A DNA stretch of 32,000 nt, from contig NC_002528.1 in NCBI RefSeq assembly GCF_000009605.1, positions 30,001 to 62,000 on the forward strand, written 5' to 3'. A program made the position numbers and the translations under genes. The notes beneath the pieces were generated by a model. That model made no database searches. It saw only the letters and a program-made list of their open reading frames with translations, and was not told where the DNA came from. This stretch comes from Buchnera aphidicola str. APS (Acyrthosiphon pisum). GTDB lineage: Bacteria; Pseudomonadota; Gammaproteobacteria; Enterobacterales; Enterobacteriaceae. This document shows, in pieces, positions 1 through 10,621 of the stretch; within the stretch, counting starts at the first letter, position 1; each line of letters opens with the position of its first letter.

Positions 1-220
1 TTTACTAGGAGTGTCTTTGAAAAATTGTATTGCTTTTGGCGATGGAATGAATGATCAGGATATGTTAAAAGTTGCGGGTAAAGCATATATTATGAAAAAT
101 TCTGATCCACATTTAAAAATAGCACTGCCGCATCTTGAAATCATTGAAAGCAATGATAATGATGGTGTAGCAAGATGCTTGAATAAAATTTTTATAGAAA
201 ATAATAAAGAGATGTTATAA
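1..220 (+). CDS. yigL: Cof-type HAD-superfamily phosphatase, YigL-like, C-terminal fragment (gene runs off the left edge)
   Basis: Frame is open to the window edge (LLGVSLKNCIAFGDGMNDQDML...). The GDGMND motif is typical of Cof-type HAD phosphatases. The position just upstream of metE matches E. coli yigL-(yigM-metR)-metE synteny. Confidence 0.82.
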   Translation, partial: LLGVSLKNCIAFGDGMNDQDMLKVAGKAYIMKNSDPHLKIALPHLEIIESNDNDGVARCLNKIFIENNKEML

Positions 221-232
221 AGTTATAAAAAT

Positions 233-255
233 TTCTTATACAAGAAGTTTTTTTT
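233..255 (+). terminator. Weak candidate intrinsic terminator downstream of yigL
   Basis: TTCTT-ATAC-AAGAA hairpin, one G, then T8 at 248-255. It starts 13 nt after the yigL stop. The stem is short and AT-rich. Confidence 0.35.
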
Positions 256-1190
256 GATTTCTGTAGATGGCTATATAATTATTGCTATGTCCTTTTTCTT
301 ATTAGTTTTTCTTTCGATTATAAACCTTGATTTTTTTAATTATTTAATATTCAAAAAAGGTCATGTACAATTCTAATTTTTTCTGAGACTTGTTTGTATT
401 TAAAAGAAAAAATGTATTATATATGATTTTAAACATAGATGTAAGATTATATCTTAGAAAAAGATAATTTAATATATCTAGTCTGTTTTATCAAAAAATA
501 GATTTTGTCAATATTGCATATATCAGGTCCGTTGATCGAGTGTTGTTTTTTAAAAAAAAGAGTAGTTAAAAAATACAACTAAGCGTACTTCAAAATTAAA
601 AACTAGTATATATAATCAATTATTTGAGAGTGCATACTTCAGAAATTAGTTTAATATCAATTTTTTCTTGTCTTAGAAACCTTCGAAGATTAAACATGAT
701 ACCCAAATAAAAATATATTTTTATTTTAAAAGGATTTTTGAAGATTTATAATAGTAATTTAAACTATTGAATATATCTGTATATTTAATGAATAATTAAA
801 TGATTATATATAATGAAAGTCTATATATTATTTAATATATTTTAGATAGTTGAAATAACATTTTACCTTGTATTGTAAAAATTATGGAATTACTTTTTCT
901 GAGAAATAATTTAAATCCTGTTTTTTCTAATTAGTTAAATTGATATGATATTACTGATTGTATTTGATATAATTAAATAGCATCTGTTTTCAATACACTG
1001 TTATTTTTTTAAGGCTTATTATATTTATAGATATTTTATTCCAATTATAACATTCCTTCATATCGAGAACTAACTATTAATGCTTGCTCATTTTCTTTAA
1101 TTGTAAGAATTACAAATATGTATTTTATGTAAGTATTTATAAATTATTTTCATGATCAAAAATATAATTTAAAAAAATAGGACATTTAAA

Positions 1191-3467
1191 ATGACAATTT
1201 TAAATCATACTTTAGGATTTCCAAGAATAGGATTAAACCGAGAATTAAAAAAAGCTCAAGAACAATATTGGTCCGGGGAACTGATGATTAAAGATTTATT
1301 ATTAGTTGGTTCTGAATTAAGGAAAAAAAATTGGCAAAAACAGAAAGAATCTGGAATTGATTATATTCCAGTTGGAGATTTTGCTTGGTATGATCATGTA
1401 TTAACCACGAGTATGATGTTAGGAAATATCCCAGAAAGACATAATAATACAGTTGACTCTATTGATTTAGATTGTCTATTCCGTATTGCTCGAGGTTGTC
1501 CTCCGGATATTTCAGCTTCAGAAATGACTAAATGGTTTAATACTAACTATCATTATATTGTACCTGAGTTTTATAAAAACAAAGTTTTAAAGTACTCTTG
1601 GAAACAAATTTTAGATGAAGTAGATGAAGCTTTATTATTAGGGCACAAGGTTAAACCTATACTTTTAGGACCGATTACATATCTTTGGTTGGGAAAAGTA
1701 AAAGGAGAATATTTTGATCGTCTTGATATTTTAAAAGATATAATTCTAATATATAAGCATGTTTTAAAAGAATTATCTAACCGTAGTATTGATTTTGTTC
1801 AAATTGATGAACCTGTTTTGGTTTTAGAATTACCAAAAAAATGGAAAGACGCTTATCATTATGCTTATAAAGAATTATCCGGTATAACAAAATTATTGCT
1901 TACAACATATTTTGACAGTATTGAGCATAATATAGAATTTATTCGTGATTTACCTGTTCAAGGTATTCATATCGATCTAGTGCATGGAAAATATAATTTA
2001 AAAAATTTTAGTTCTAAAATACCATCAGAATGGATGCTGTCTTTAGGTGTTATTAATGGTCGAAACATTTGGCGTTCCGATCTTTTAAAATGGTTTAAAT
2101 CTATCAAATCGATTTCAAATCATCATAGAAAAATATTAATCGGTTCATCTTGTTCTTTATTACATACACCGATTGATTTAGTAGCAGAAAAACACTTGGA
2201 TAAAGAAGTAAAAAGATGGTTTTCTTTTGCTGTACAAAAATGTGAAGAATTAAGATTATTATCAAGTGCTTTAAATGATAATGACATTGATTCTATTAAA
2301 GAATGGAGTTTACCTATTTATGAGCGCAGTGTTTCTAAAAGAGTAAATAAAATCGAAGTAGAAAATCGCTTATCAAATGTTTTAATTGATAAACATCAAC
2401 GTTTAAGTCCCTATAAAACTCGCTCTATAGAACAAAATAAAAAGTTTAATTTTCCTATTTTACCAACAACTACTATTGGATCTTTTCCTCAAACTATCAG
2501 TATAAGAAAATTACGAAGAGATTTTAAATTAGGGTTAGTGACTGAAGAAGAATACACAAAAATCATTAAAAAAAATATTAAAAAAGTTATAAAAATACAA
2601 GAAGAATTAGATATTGATGTTTTAGTACATGGTGAAGCTGAAAGAAATGATATGGTAGAATATTTTGGTGAACATTTAGATGGATTTGCATTTACAGATA
2701 ATGGATGGGTACAGAGTTATGGTTCACGTTGTGTAAAACCTCCTATTATTATTGGAGATATTAGTCGTCCTAAACCCATGACTATAGAATGGTCTAAATA
2801 TGCTCAATCTTTAACTAAAAAACCAGTTAAAGGGATGTTAACAGGACCGGTTACAATTTTACTTTGGTCTTTTCCTAGAGAAGACGTTTCATTAAAAAAA
2901 ATTGCAACACAAATTGCTTTAGCATTATATGATGAAGTTCTAGATTTAGAAAAAGAAAAAATAGAAATAATCCAAATTGATGAGCCAGCATTACGAGAAG
3001 GGTTGCCTCTACGAAAAAGTTCTTGGCATGAATATTTATCTTGGGCGGTTGATGTATTTCGTTTAAGTGCTTCAGGTGTTAAAAATACTACACAAATTCA
3101 TACACATATGTGCTATTGTGAATTTAATGATATCATGGATTCTATTGCATTATTAGATGCTGATGTGATTACAATTGAAGCAGCTCGTTCAGATATGGAA
3201 TTATTAGAATCATTTAAAAAATTTAAATATCCTAATGAAGTAGGTCCAGGAGCATACGATATTCATTCTTCTAATATACCAAGCGTACAATCTATAATTT
3301 CTCTTTTAAATAAAGCAATGAAATATATTCCATTAAAACGTATATGGGTTAATCCAGATTGCGGTTTAAAAACGAGAAATTGGAACGAAACAATATTATC
3401 TTTAAAAAATATGGTTGAAGCAACGAAAATACTTAGAGAAAAAATGAAAGATAGTGAATGTGATTAA
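1191..3467 (+). CDS. metE: 5-methyltetrahydropteroyltriglutamate-homocysteine S-methyltransferase (cobalamin-independent methionine synthase)
   Basis: 758 aa ORF with MetE motifs: [20 protein letters not shown] at the N-terminus, [23 protein letters not shown], and [13 protein letters not shown] near the zinc site. Confidence 0.98.
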   Translation: MTILNHTLGFPRIGLNRELKKAQEQYWSGELMIKDLLLVGSELRKKNWQKQKESGIDYIPVGDFAWYDHVLTTSMMLGNIPERHNNTVDSIDLDCLFRIARGCPPDISASEMTKWFNTNYHYIVPEFYKNKVLKYSWKQILDEVDEALLLGHKVKPILLGPITYLWLGKVKGEYFDRLDILKDIILIYKHVLKELSNRSIDFVQIDEPVLVLELPKKWKDAYHYAYKELSGITKLLLTTYFDSIEHNIEFIRDLPVQGIHIDLVHGKYNLKNFSSKIPSEWMLSLGVINGRNIWRSDLLKWFKSIKSISNHHRKILIGSSCSLLHTPIDLVAEKHLDKEVKRWFSFAVQKCEELRLLSSALNDNDIDSIKEWSLPIYERSVSKRVNKIEVENRLSNVLIDKHQRLSPYKTRSIEQNKKFNFPILPTTTIGSFPQTISIRKLRRDFKLGLVTEEEYTKIIKKNIKKVIKIQEELDIDVLVHGEAERNDMVEYFGEHLDGFAFTDNGWVQSYGSRCVKPPIIIGDISRPKPMTIEWSKYAQSLTKKPVKGMLTGPVTILLWSFPREDVSLKKIATQIALALYDEVLDLEKEKIEIIQIDEPALREGLPLRKSSWHEYLSWAVDVFRLSASGVKNTTQIHTHMCYCEFNDIMDSIALLDADVITIEAARSDMELLESFKKFKYPNEVGPGAYDIHSSNIPSVQSIISLLNKAMKYIPLKRIWVNPDCGLKTRNWNETILSLKNMVEATKILREKMKDSECD

Positions 3468-3503
3468 ATTGATTTCTTTTTTAATGATTATAATATAATT
3501 TAA

Positions 3504-3555
3504 TATTAAATCATCTTTTAGAATATTTTAAAAAATCTAAAATGATGATTTAATA
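3504..3555. terminator. Long AT-rich inverted repeat between convergent metE and purH, possibly a bidirectional 3'-end element
   Basis: TATTAAATCATC-TTTTAGA (3504-3522) pairs with TCTAAAA-(T bulge)-GATGATTTAATA (3536-3555). That is 19 bp with one bulge and a 13-nt loop, nearly equidistant from both stop codons. Confidence 0.55.
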
Positions 3556-3589
3556 CTTATAAATTTTTATATATTTCAATAGTCAAAGA

Positions 3590-5167
3590 CTAATGTTTAA
3601 AATGCCTTTTTTTAGTAAAAATCATCGTTATATTATGTTCATCTGCAGCTCGAATGATTTCTTCATCTCGTATAGAACCTCCCGGTTGAATTATAGAGCT
3701 AATACCGACAGAAGCAGCTTCATCGATACCATCTCTAAAAGGAAAAAAAGCATCAGAAGCCATAGTGGCACCAATAATATTTTTACCCTGATCTTTAACT
3801 TTTATATTAGCTAATTTAGTTGAATAAATCCTGCTCATTTGACCCGCACCAATTCCGATAGTAATTTCATCAGAACCATATACAATTGCATTTGATTTTA
3901 CAAATTTAGCAACTTGCCAACAAAAGATAGAGTCTTTGAGTTCTTTTTTTGTTGGACTACGTTTTGTAACAAAACTCCATGAGTTATAATCTATATTATG
4001 AGAATCGTATTCTTGTACAAGTAGACCATTAGTGATCTTTTTTAAATCCAATCCAACTGTATTATTTTGTAATTTTCCAGTAACTAGTACTCTTATATTT
4101 TGTTTTTTTTGTAATATTTTAACTGCTTTTTTACTGATTTCGGGAATAATAATAACTTCAACAAATTGTTGATTAATAATTGTTTGTGCTGTTTTTTCAT
4201 CTAATTTACAGTTAAAAGAAATTATACCTCCAAATGCTGAAATAGGATCAGAATTGTATGCAGATAAATATGATTCTAAAATATTATGACTAACGGCAAC
4301 GCTACAAGGATTTCCATGTTTTACAATAACACATGCTGGTTTAGTGAATTGTTTTACACACTCTAATGCTATATCAGAATCTGATATATTATTATATGAT
4401 AAAGTTTTTCCTTGAATTTGACATGCTGTACTAATTGTTCCGGAATCACACATGTTTTTTTCTATATAAAAAGACGATTTTTGATGATAGTTTTCTCCAT
4501 ATCTTAAATCTTGTTTTTTAATAAAAGAAAAATTTATTTCATTCGGGAATAAACTATTATTAGTTTTTTTATACAAGCTATTTTGTTCAATGAAATACTG
4601 AGAAATAATTTGTTCATAGTATGATGTATATTCAAATGCTTTAGATGCTAAATTAAATCTTTTTTCCATATTCATTGTGTTATTGTTAATAGAATCAATA
4701 GTAGATTGAAAATCATCAAGATCTACTATAACTATAACGTTCTTATAATTTTTTGCAGAAGCACGTACGAGTGTCGGTCCGCCTATATCAATATTATTGA
4801 CAACATTATCTATATCATTTTTTTTTATGTTTTTGATTTTTTCAAATGGATAAAAGTTTACGATAACTATATCAATTGGACAAATATTATATAATTTCAT
4901 AATCTCCTGATCTTTTTGTTTTTGTCCTAAAATACCACCCATAATTTTTGGATGTAATGTTTTTACTCGTCCATCCATGATTTCAGGAAATTTTGTATAA
5001 TCTGATATTTCTGTAACAGGTATATTGTTTTTTTTTAAAATTTGAGCCGTTCCTCCTGTTGAAAATAAATTAATTTTATTAATTATTAATTTTTCTGCTA
5101 CTTCTACAATATTTTTTTTGTCTGAAACGCTAATTAACGCATTTTTTATAAGATTATTTGATGGCAT
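3590..5167 (-). CDS. purH: Bifunctional AICAR transformylase / IMP cyclohydrolase
   Basis: 525 aa ORF. N-terminal SVSDKKNIVEVAEKL...FSTGGTAQILKK, HPKIMGGIL, KHGNPCSVAV, and DAFFPFRDGIDEAA...QPGGSIRDEE at the C-terminus. Confidence 0.98.
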   Translation of the reverse strand: MPSNNLIKNALISVSDKKNIVEVAEKLIINKINLFSTGGTAQILKKNNIPVTEISDYTKFPEIMDGRVKTLHPKIMGGILGQKQKDQEIMKLYNICPIDIVIVNFYPFEKIKNIKKNDIDNVVNNIDIGGPTLVRASAKNYKNVIVIVDLDDFQSTIDSINNNTMNMEKRFNLASKAFEYTSYYEQIISQYFIEQNSLYKKTNNSLFPNEINFSFIKKQDLRYGENYHQKSSFYIEKNMCDSGTISTACQIQGKTLSYNNISDSDIALECVKQFTKPACVIVKHGNPCSVAVSHNILESYLSAYNSDPISAFGGIISFNCKLDEKTAQTIINQQFVEVIIIPEISKKAVKILQKKQNIRVLVTGKLQNNTVGLDLKKITNGLLVQEYDSHNIDYNSWSFVTKRSPTKKELKDSIFCWQVAKFVKSNAIVYGSDEITIGIGAGQMSRIYSTKLANIKVKDQGKNIIGATMASDAFFPFRDGIDEAASVGISSIIQPGGSIRDEEIIRAADEHNITMIFTKKRHFKH

Positions 5168-5270
5168 AATATATTTTCTTATTTTTAAAAAAAAATTAAA
5201 ATATTTTGTTATATAATATAAAGATATTTTTTATATTTAGACTATTTTAAATATATAATACTAATTTAGT

Positions 5271-5289
5271 AAGGGGCACTACGCCCCTT
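5271..5289 (-). terminator. Hairpin downstream of hupA, candidate transcript 3' end
   Basis: AAGGGGC-ACTAC-GCCCCTT, a perfect 7-bp stem with 5 GC pairs in a very AT-rich context, 18 nt past the hupA stop. No T-tract follows on either strand. Confidence 0.55.
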
Positions 5290-5307
5290 CTTTAAATACT
5301 TCATAAG

Positions 5308-5586
5308 TTATAATTGTTTGATTGCATTTTTTAATGTTTTACCAGATGTAAAACTAGGAACTTTTGTAGCAGGTATCTGTATTTCTTTTCCTGTTTGAGG
5401 ATTTCGTCCTGTACGGGACGATCTTAAATTAACTTTGAAAGTACCAAAACCAACTATTTGTACAGATTCACCTTTTTTCAAAGAATCAATGATAGTTGAT
5501 AATGTTGTTTCTAAAGTCAATTTTGCTTGTATTTTAGATAAATTAGATTTTTTAGAAATGACATTAATTAATTGAGTTTTATTCAT
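5308..5586 (-). CDS. hupA: DNA-binding protein HU-alpha
   Basis: 92 aa ORF with the HU signature [41 protein letters not shown]. Placed after purH as in E. coli purHD-hupA, with purD absent. Confidence 0.96.
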   Translation of the reverse strand: MNKTQLINVISKKSNLSKIQAKLTLETTLSTIIDSLKKGESVQIVGFGTFKVNLRSSRTGRNPQTGKEIQIPATKVPSFTSGKTLKNAIKQL

Positions 5587-6268
5587 TATTATCCCTTTTT
5601 TATTTATATGTAAAAATTAATAATTTATTTAGATATTTTGTAAATATAAATTGAAAAAATTTATTTTGAAAATTATATTTTTTGATGATAAATTTTTTTA
5701 TACTTATTTGATATAAAAAGAAAAAATATATTTTTTCATATTATAAATTCTATATTAATTAAACATGTTATTTTTGAAAAAATAATATAAAAAAAGAATC
5801 AGATTTCAAATTTACAATTGAATAAAATTTAAATATATAATATATCTAAAAATCATCAAAAAAATACGGTATGAAAATCGCAGTTTTATTTTTAATAAAT
5901 TGTTATTTTTTTTAAAAAATAACAGTATTGATTTCTACATGATTTCAATTTTATTCAAATTAAATAGTGATATATTTTTATTAAAATTATCTGATATGTT
6001 TTATGAATTTGAAGCGTTTTTATATAAAATATATATAAGATTTTTTATTTTTAAAATAAATTATTTATTATATATATTTCAAATATATCATTTTAAATTC
6101 ACTCCTTTATTAAACCTTCGAAATACAATGAATTTTTTTAAAATAGTACGAATTTTAAAAAATATAATCACTGTTTTTAAATAGTATTTTTTTAAATAAT
6201 TATTATTTTATTTTATAAAATAGTGTTATATATTTATATTATAATATAAAATTATCATGTTTTTACTG

Positions 6269-6290
6269 TGGCTGCTTTTAAGAGCAGCCA
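6269..6290 (-). terminator. Hairpin downstream of rpoC, candidate transcript 3' end
   Basis: TGGCTGCT-TTTAAG-AGCAGCCA, a perfect 8-bp stem with 5 GC pairs, about 30 nt past the rpoC stop. No strong T-tract on the rpoC-sense strand. Confidence 0.55.
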
Positions 6291-6320
6291 TAATTTATAT
6301 ATACAAAATATTAAGATGAT

Positions 6321-9300
6321 TTATTTTTCTATAAGAGCAGAATTTAATAATTCTGAAAGACTAGCAGAAGCTTCTTCAGCACTAATTTGAGAACTGCTAA
6401 CTGTTGGATTGTTATGTTTTTTTTGACGACGATTCAAACGTTCTTTGTGATATGCATATCCTGTTCCTGCAGGAATTAAACGTCCAACAATTACATTTTC
6501 TTTTAATCCTCTTAATTCATCTCTTTTTCCTGCAACTGCAGATTCTGTTAATACTCTTGTTGTTTCTTGGAAAGAAGCTGCAGATATAAAAGATTCTGTC
6601 GCAAGTGATGCTTTAGTAATTCCTAATAAATCTCTTGAAAAAGTAGCTGGCATTTTCTTTTTTTTATCTAACATGCGATTTGATATTTTTATATGAGAAA
6701 ATTCAACTTGTTCACCTTCCAGAAAATCTGAATCTCTTGATTTAACTACAGTAGCTTTTCGAAGCATTTGTCGTATAATTACTTCAATATGTTTGTCGTT
6801 AATTTTTACACCTTGTAAACGATATACTTCTTGTACTTCATTCACTATATATCTAGTTACAGCTTGAACACCTCTTAATCTTAAGATATCATGTGGTGAT
6901 TCCGGCCCATCAGATATGACATCTCCTCGATCTACTCGTTCTCCTTCAAATACATTTAATTGTCTCCATTTTGGAATCATTTCTTCATAAGAATCACTAC
7001 CATCTACTGGTGTAATTACTAATCTTCTTTTACCTTTAGTTTCTTTTCCAAAAGATATAATGCCACTAATTTCCGCTAAAATTGCTAATTCTTTTGGGCG
7101 TCTAGCTTCAAATAAATCTGCTACTCTTGGTAATCCACCTGTTATGTCTTTAGTACCTCCAGATTCTTGTGGGACTCTCGCTAATGTATCGCCTGAACTG
7201 ATTTGTACTCCGTCATCAAGTTGAACGATTGCTTTTCCAGGTAAGAAATATTGAGCCGGCATATCTGTTCCTGAAATAAGAACATCATTTCCATTACAAT
7301 CGATAATTTTTAATGCTGGTCTTAAATCTTTACCACTAGACATTCTTTCTGCTGTATCTAATATTACTATAGAAGACAAACCTGTTAGTTCATCTGCTTG
7401 TCTTGTAATACTTTGACCATCAATCATATCTACAAAACGTACTAACCCATTAACTTCAGTAATAACTGGCATGGTATGTGGATCCCATTTTGCAACAGTT
7501 TCCCCTGAATGTACTTTTTCACCGTCCCCTTTAGCCATAATAGCTCCATAAGGAACTTTATAGCTTTCTTTTGTTCTTCCAAAATTATCGATAATATTTA
7601 GTTCTACATTTCTTGAAGTAATTACTGTTTTACCAGCAGAATTAATTACAAATTTTGCATTATTAAGATTTATAATACCTTGATTTTTTACTTGAATACT
7701 AGATTCTGCTGCAGCTCTGGATGCTGCACCACCAATATGGAAGGTTCTCATAGTTAGCTGTGTGCCTGGCTCTCCTATAGATTGTGCAGCAATTACCCCA
7801 ATTGCTTCTCCTTTATTGACTAAATTACCTCGTGCTAAATCTCGACCATAGCAGTAAGCGCATACACCAAAATCAGTATCACAATTTACTACTGATCGTA
7901 CTTTGACATTATCTATAGAATTATGCTCTAAAAGATCACACCATTTTTCATTTAGAAGTGTATTTCTTTTGATTAATATATTTTTAGTATTTGGAATAAT
8001 AATATTTTCTGCAGTAACACGACCTAAAACACGTTCACGTAGTGGTTCTTTTACATCTCCTCCTTCAATTAATGGAGTCATTAAAATTCCTTCATGTGTT
8101 CGACAATCATCTTGTGTTACAACTAAATCTTGAGCTACATCTACTAAACGACGTGTTAAGTATCCAGAGTTTGCAGTTTTTAGTGCTGTATCAGCTAATC
8201 CTTTACGAGCTCCATGTGTAGAAATAAAATATTGTAATACATTCAAACCTTCTCTAAAATTAGCTGTAATTGGTGTTTCAATAATAGAACCATCAGGTTT
8301 GGCCATCAATCCTCTCATACCAGCTAATTGACGAATTTGTGCGGCAGAACCACGTGCCCCTGAATCAGCCATCATAAATATACTATTAAAAGATATTTGC
8401 TTTTGTTTGTAACCTTTTTTGTTGATAACAGATTCTGTAGATAAGTTTTGCATCATCGCTTTTGCTACTCGTTCATTAGCTGCCGCCCAAATATCAATAA
8501 CTTTATTATATCTTTCACCCGCAGTCACTAATCCAGATTGGAATTGTTCTTGTATTTCAGCAACTTCAATTTCAGCCTCATTGATGATATTTGCCTTTTT
8601 TTCTGGTATTACCATATCATCAATACCTACCGAAGCTCCAGATCTTGCTGCATAAGCGAATCCGGTGTACATAATTTGATCAGCAAAAAAAACAGTAGAT
8701 TTCAGTCCTAAAATACGATAACAAGTATTAAGCATTTTAGAAATATCTTTTTTACCTAAAGTTTGATTAACAATACTAAAAGGTAGTCCTTTTGGGATAA
8801 TCATCCACAAAATTGCTCGACCTATAGTAGTAGGAATTATTTTTTTTATTGCAGTAAAACTTTTATCTTCATTTTTTTTATATTCTATTATTCGAACTTT
8901 TACTAGTGAATGTAGTTCAGCAATACCTAAACGGTATACTTTTTCTGCTTCATTAGAACCATTTAATAACATACCTTCACCTTTTCCATTGATTTTTTCG
9001 CGAGTCATATAATACAACCCTAAAACAACATCTTGAGAAGGTACAATAATTGGTTCACCATTTGCAGGTGATAAAATGTTATTAGTTGACATCATTAAAG
9101 CTCTAGCTTCTAACTGTGATTCTAGAGTTAATGGGACATGGACAGCCATTTGGTCTCCATCAAAATCAGCATTGTAAGCTGCACATACTAATGGATGAAG
9201 TTGAATAGCTTTTCCTTCTATAAGGACTGGCTCAAATGCTTGAATACCTAATCGATGTAAAGTAGGTGCACGATTTAAAAGAACTGGGTGTTCGCGGATT

Positions 9301-10544
9301 ACTTCGTCTAAAATATCCCACACTATTGCTTCTTCTCTTTCCACCATTTTTTTTGCTGCTTTAATAGTAGTGGCTAAACCACGCACTTCTAATTTGCCAT
9401 ATATGAACGGTTTAAAAAGTTCTAATGCCATTTTTTTAGGTAGACCACATTGATGCAAATGAAGATAAGGACCTACAGTAATTACTGAACGACCAGAATA
9501 ATCTACACGTTTCCCAAGAAGATTTTGTCGAAATCTTCCCTGTTTTCCTTTAATCATATCAGCTAATGATTTAAGAGGTCTTTTGTTTGATCCTGTAATT
9601 GCTCTACCTCTTCGACCATTATCTAATAAAGCATCTACTGCTTCTTGTAACATTCTTTTTTCATTGCGTACAATTATATCTGGAGCTGCTAAATCTAATA
9701 AACGTTTAAGACGATTATTTCTATTGATCACTCGACGATACAAATCATTTAAATCTGATGTTGCAAATCTACCTCCATCTAATGGTACTAATGGTCTTAG
9801 ATCAGGTGGTAATACTGGTAATACGTTAAGAATCATCCATTCAGGTTTATTATGCGATTGAATAAAAGATTCTAATAGTTTAATTCTTTTTGTTAATTTT
9901 TTTCTTTTTGTTTCAGAATTTGTTTCATTTAGTTCTATTCTCAATACATTACATTCTTGTACTAAATTAATATCTTTCAATAAAAATTGAATCGCTTCCG
10001 CTCCCATTGTAGCATGAAATTCATCTCCAAATTCTTCCAATGAATCTAGATATTGTTCTTCGGTTAAAATTTGACGTTTTTCAAGATTAGTCATGCCTGT
10101 TTCTATGACAACATAAGATTCAAAATATAGTACTCTTTCAATATCTCTTAAAGGCATATCTAATAATAAACCTATTCTTGATGGCAAAGATTTTAAGAAC
10201 CAAATATGAGCTGTAGGTGAAGAAAGTTCTATATGACCCATTCGTTCACGTCTAACTTTGCTTTGTGTTACTTCAACACCACATTTTTCACAAATTACTC
10301 CTCTATGTTTTAATCTTTTATATTTACCACACAAACATTCGTAATCTTTTACTGGACCAAAAATGCGAGCACAAAATAATCCATCTCGTTCAGGTTTAAA
10401 TGTACGATAATTAATAGTTTCAGGTTTTTTGACTTCCCCAAATGACCATGATCTGATCATATCAGGTGAAGCTAACGAGATTTTAATAGCATCAAAATCT
10501 TCATTTTTAGTTTGGGATTTTAGAAATTTTAGTAAATCTTTCAC
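6321..10544 (-). CDS. rpoC: DNA-directed RNA polymerase subunit beta'
   Basis: 1407 aa ORF containing [15 protein letters not shown], the zinc-binding [22 protein letters not shown], and [16 protein letters not shown]. Confidence 0.99.
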   Translation of the reverse strand: MKDLLKFLKSQTKNEDFDAIKISLASPDMIRSWSFGEVKKPETINYRTFKPERDGLFCARIFGPVKDYECLCGKYKRLKHRGVICEKCGVEVTQSKVRRERMGHIELSSPTAHIWFLKSLPSRIGLLLDMPLRDIERVLYFESYVVIETGMTNLEKRQILTEEQYLDSLEEFGDEFHATMGAEAIQFLLKDINLVQECNVLRIELNETNSETKRKKLTKRIKLLESFIQSHNKPEWMILNVLPVLPPDLRPLVPLDGGRFATSDLNDLYRRVINRNNRLKRLLDLAAPDIIVRNEKRMLQEAVDALLDNGRRGRAITGSNKRPLKSLADMIKGKQGRFRQNLLGKRVDYSGRSVITVGPYLHLHQCGLPKKMALELFKPFIYGKLEVRGLATTIKAAKKMVEREEAIVWDILDEVIREHPVLLNRAPTLHRLGIQAFEPVLIEGKAIQLHPLVCAAYNADFDGDQMAVHVPLTLESQLEARALMMSTNNILSPANGEPIIVPSQDVVLGLYYMTREKINGKGEGMLLNGSNEAEKVYRLGIAELHSLVKVRIIEYKKNEDKSFTAIKKIIPTTIGRAILWMIIPKGLPFSIVNQTLGKKDISKMLNTCYRILGLKSTVFFADQIMYTGFAYAARSGASVGIDDMVIPEKKANIINEAEIEVAEIQEQFQSGLVTAGERYNKVIDIWAAANERVAKAMMQNLSTESVINKKGYKQKQISFNSIFMMADSGARGSAAQIRQLAGMRGLMAKPDGSIIETPITANFREGLNVLQYFISTHGARKGLADTALKTANSGYLTRRLVDVAQDLVVTQDDCRTHEGILMTPLIEGGDVKEPLRERVLGRVTAENIIIPNTKNILIKRNTLLNEKWCDLLEHNSIDNVKVRSVVNCDTDFGVCAYCYGRDLARGNLVNKGEAIGVIAAQSIGEPGTQLTMRTFHIGGAASRAAAESSIQVKNQGIINLNNAKFVINSAGKTVITSRNVELNIIDNFGRTKESYKVPYGAIMAKGDGEKVHSGETVAKWDPHTMPVITEVNGLVRFVDMIDGQSITRQADELTGLSSIVILDTAERMSSGKDLRPALKIIDCNGNDVLISGTDMPAQYFLPGKAIVQLDDGVQISSGDTLARVPQESGGTKDITGGLPRVADLFEARRPKELAILAEISGIISFGKETKGKRRLVITPVDGSDSYEEMIPKWRQLNVFEGERVDRGDVISDGPESPHDILRLRGVQAVTRYIVNEVQEVYRLQGVKINDKHIEVIIRQMLRKATVVKSRDSDFLEGEQVEFSHIKISNRMLDKKKKMPATFSRDLLGITKASLATESFISAASFQETTRVLTESAVAGKRDELRGLKENVIVGRLIPAGTGYAYHKERLNRRQKKHNNPTVSSSQISAEEASASLSELLNSALIEK

Positions 10545-10621
10545 ACGTTAGCTCTCGTTGGAGTAAAACTTTTAAGGTAAATAAATAATACATAAATATT
10601 TTTATAATATTGCTAATTTTG

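Noticed and set aside
861-880. TTTTAC/GTAAAA inverted repeat upstream of metE
   Set aside because: Six-bp AT-rich stem with an 8-nt loop; does not match MetR or MetJ operator consensus.
3593-4894. ORFs 3593-3814 and 4706-4894 opposite purH
   Set aside because: Antisense to purH, no recognisable features.
5900-6184. 94-aa plus-strand ORF between hupA and rpoC
   Set aside because: Dominated by F/I/L/K/N/Y in extreme-AT DNA, no recognisable domain, no clear context. Best explained as a chance ORF.
7903-8133. ORFs on the plus strand opposite rpoC (also 6404-6589, 8419-8655, 9583-9861)
   Set aside because: Antisense to a highly constrained, confidently identified coding region; compositions are the reverse-complement shadow of rpoC codons.
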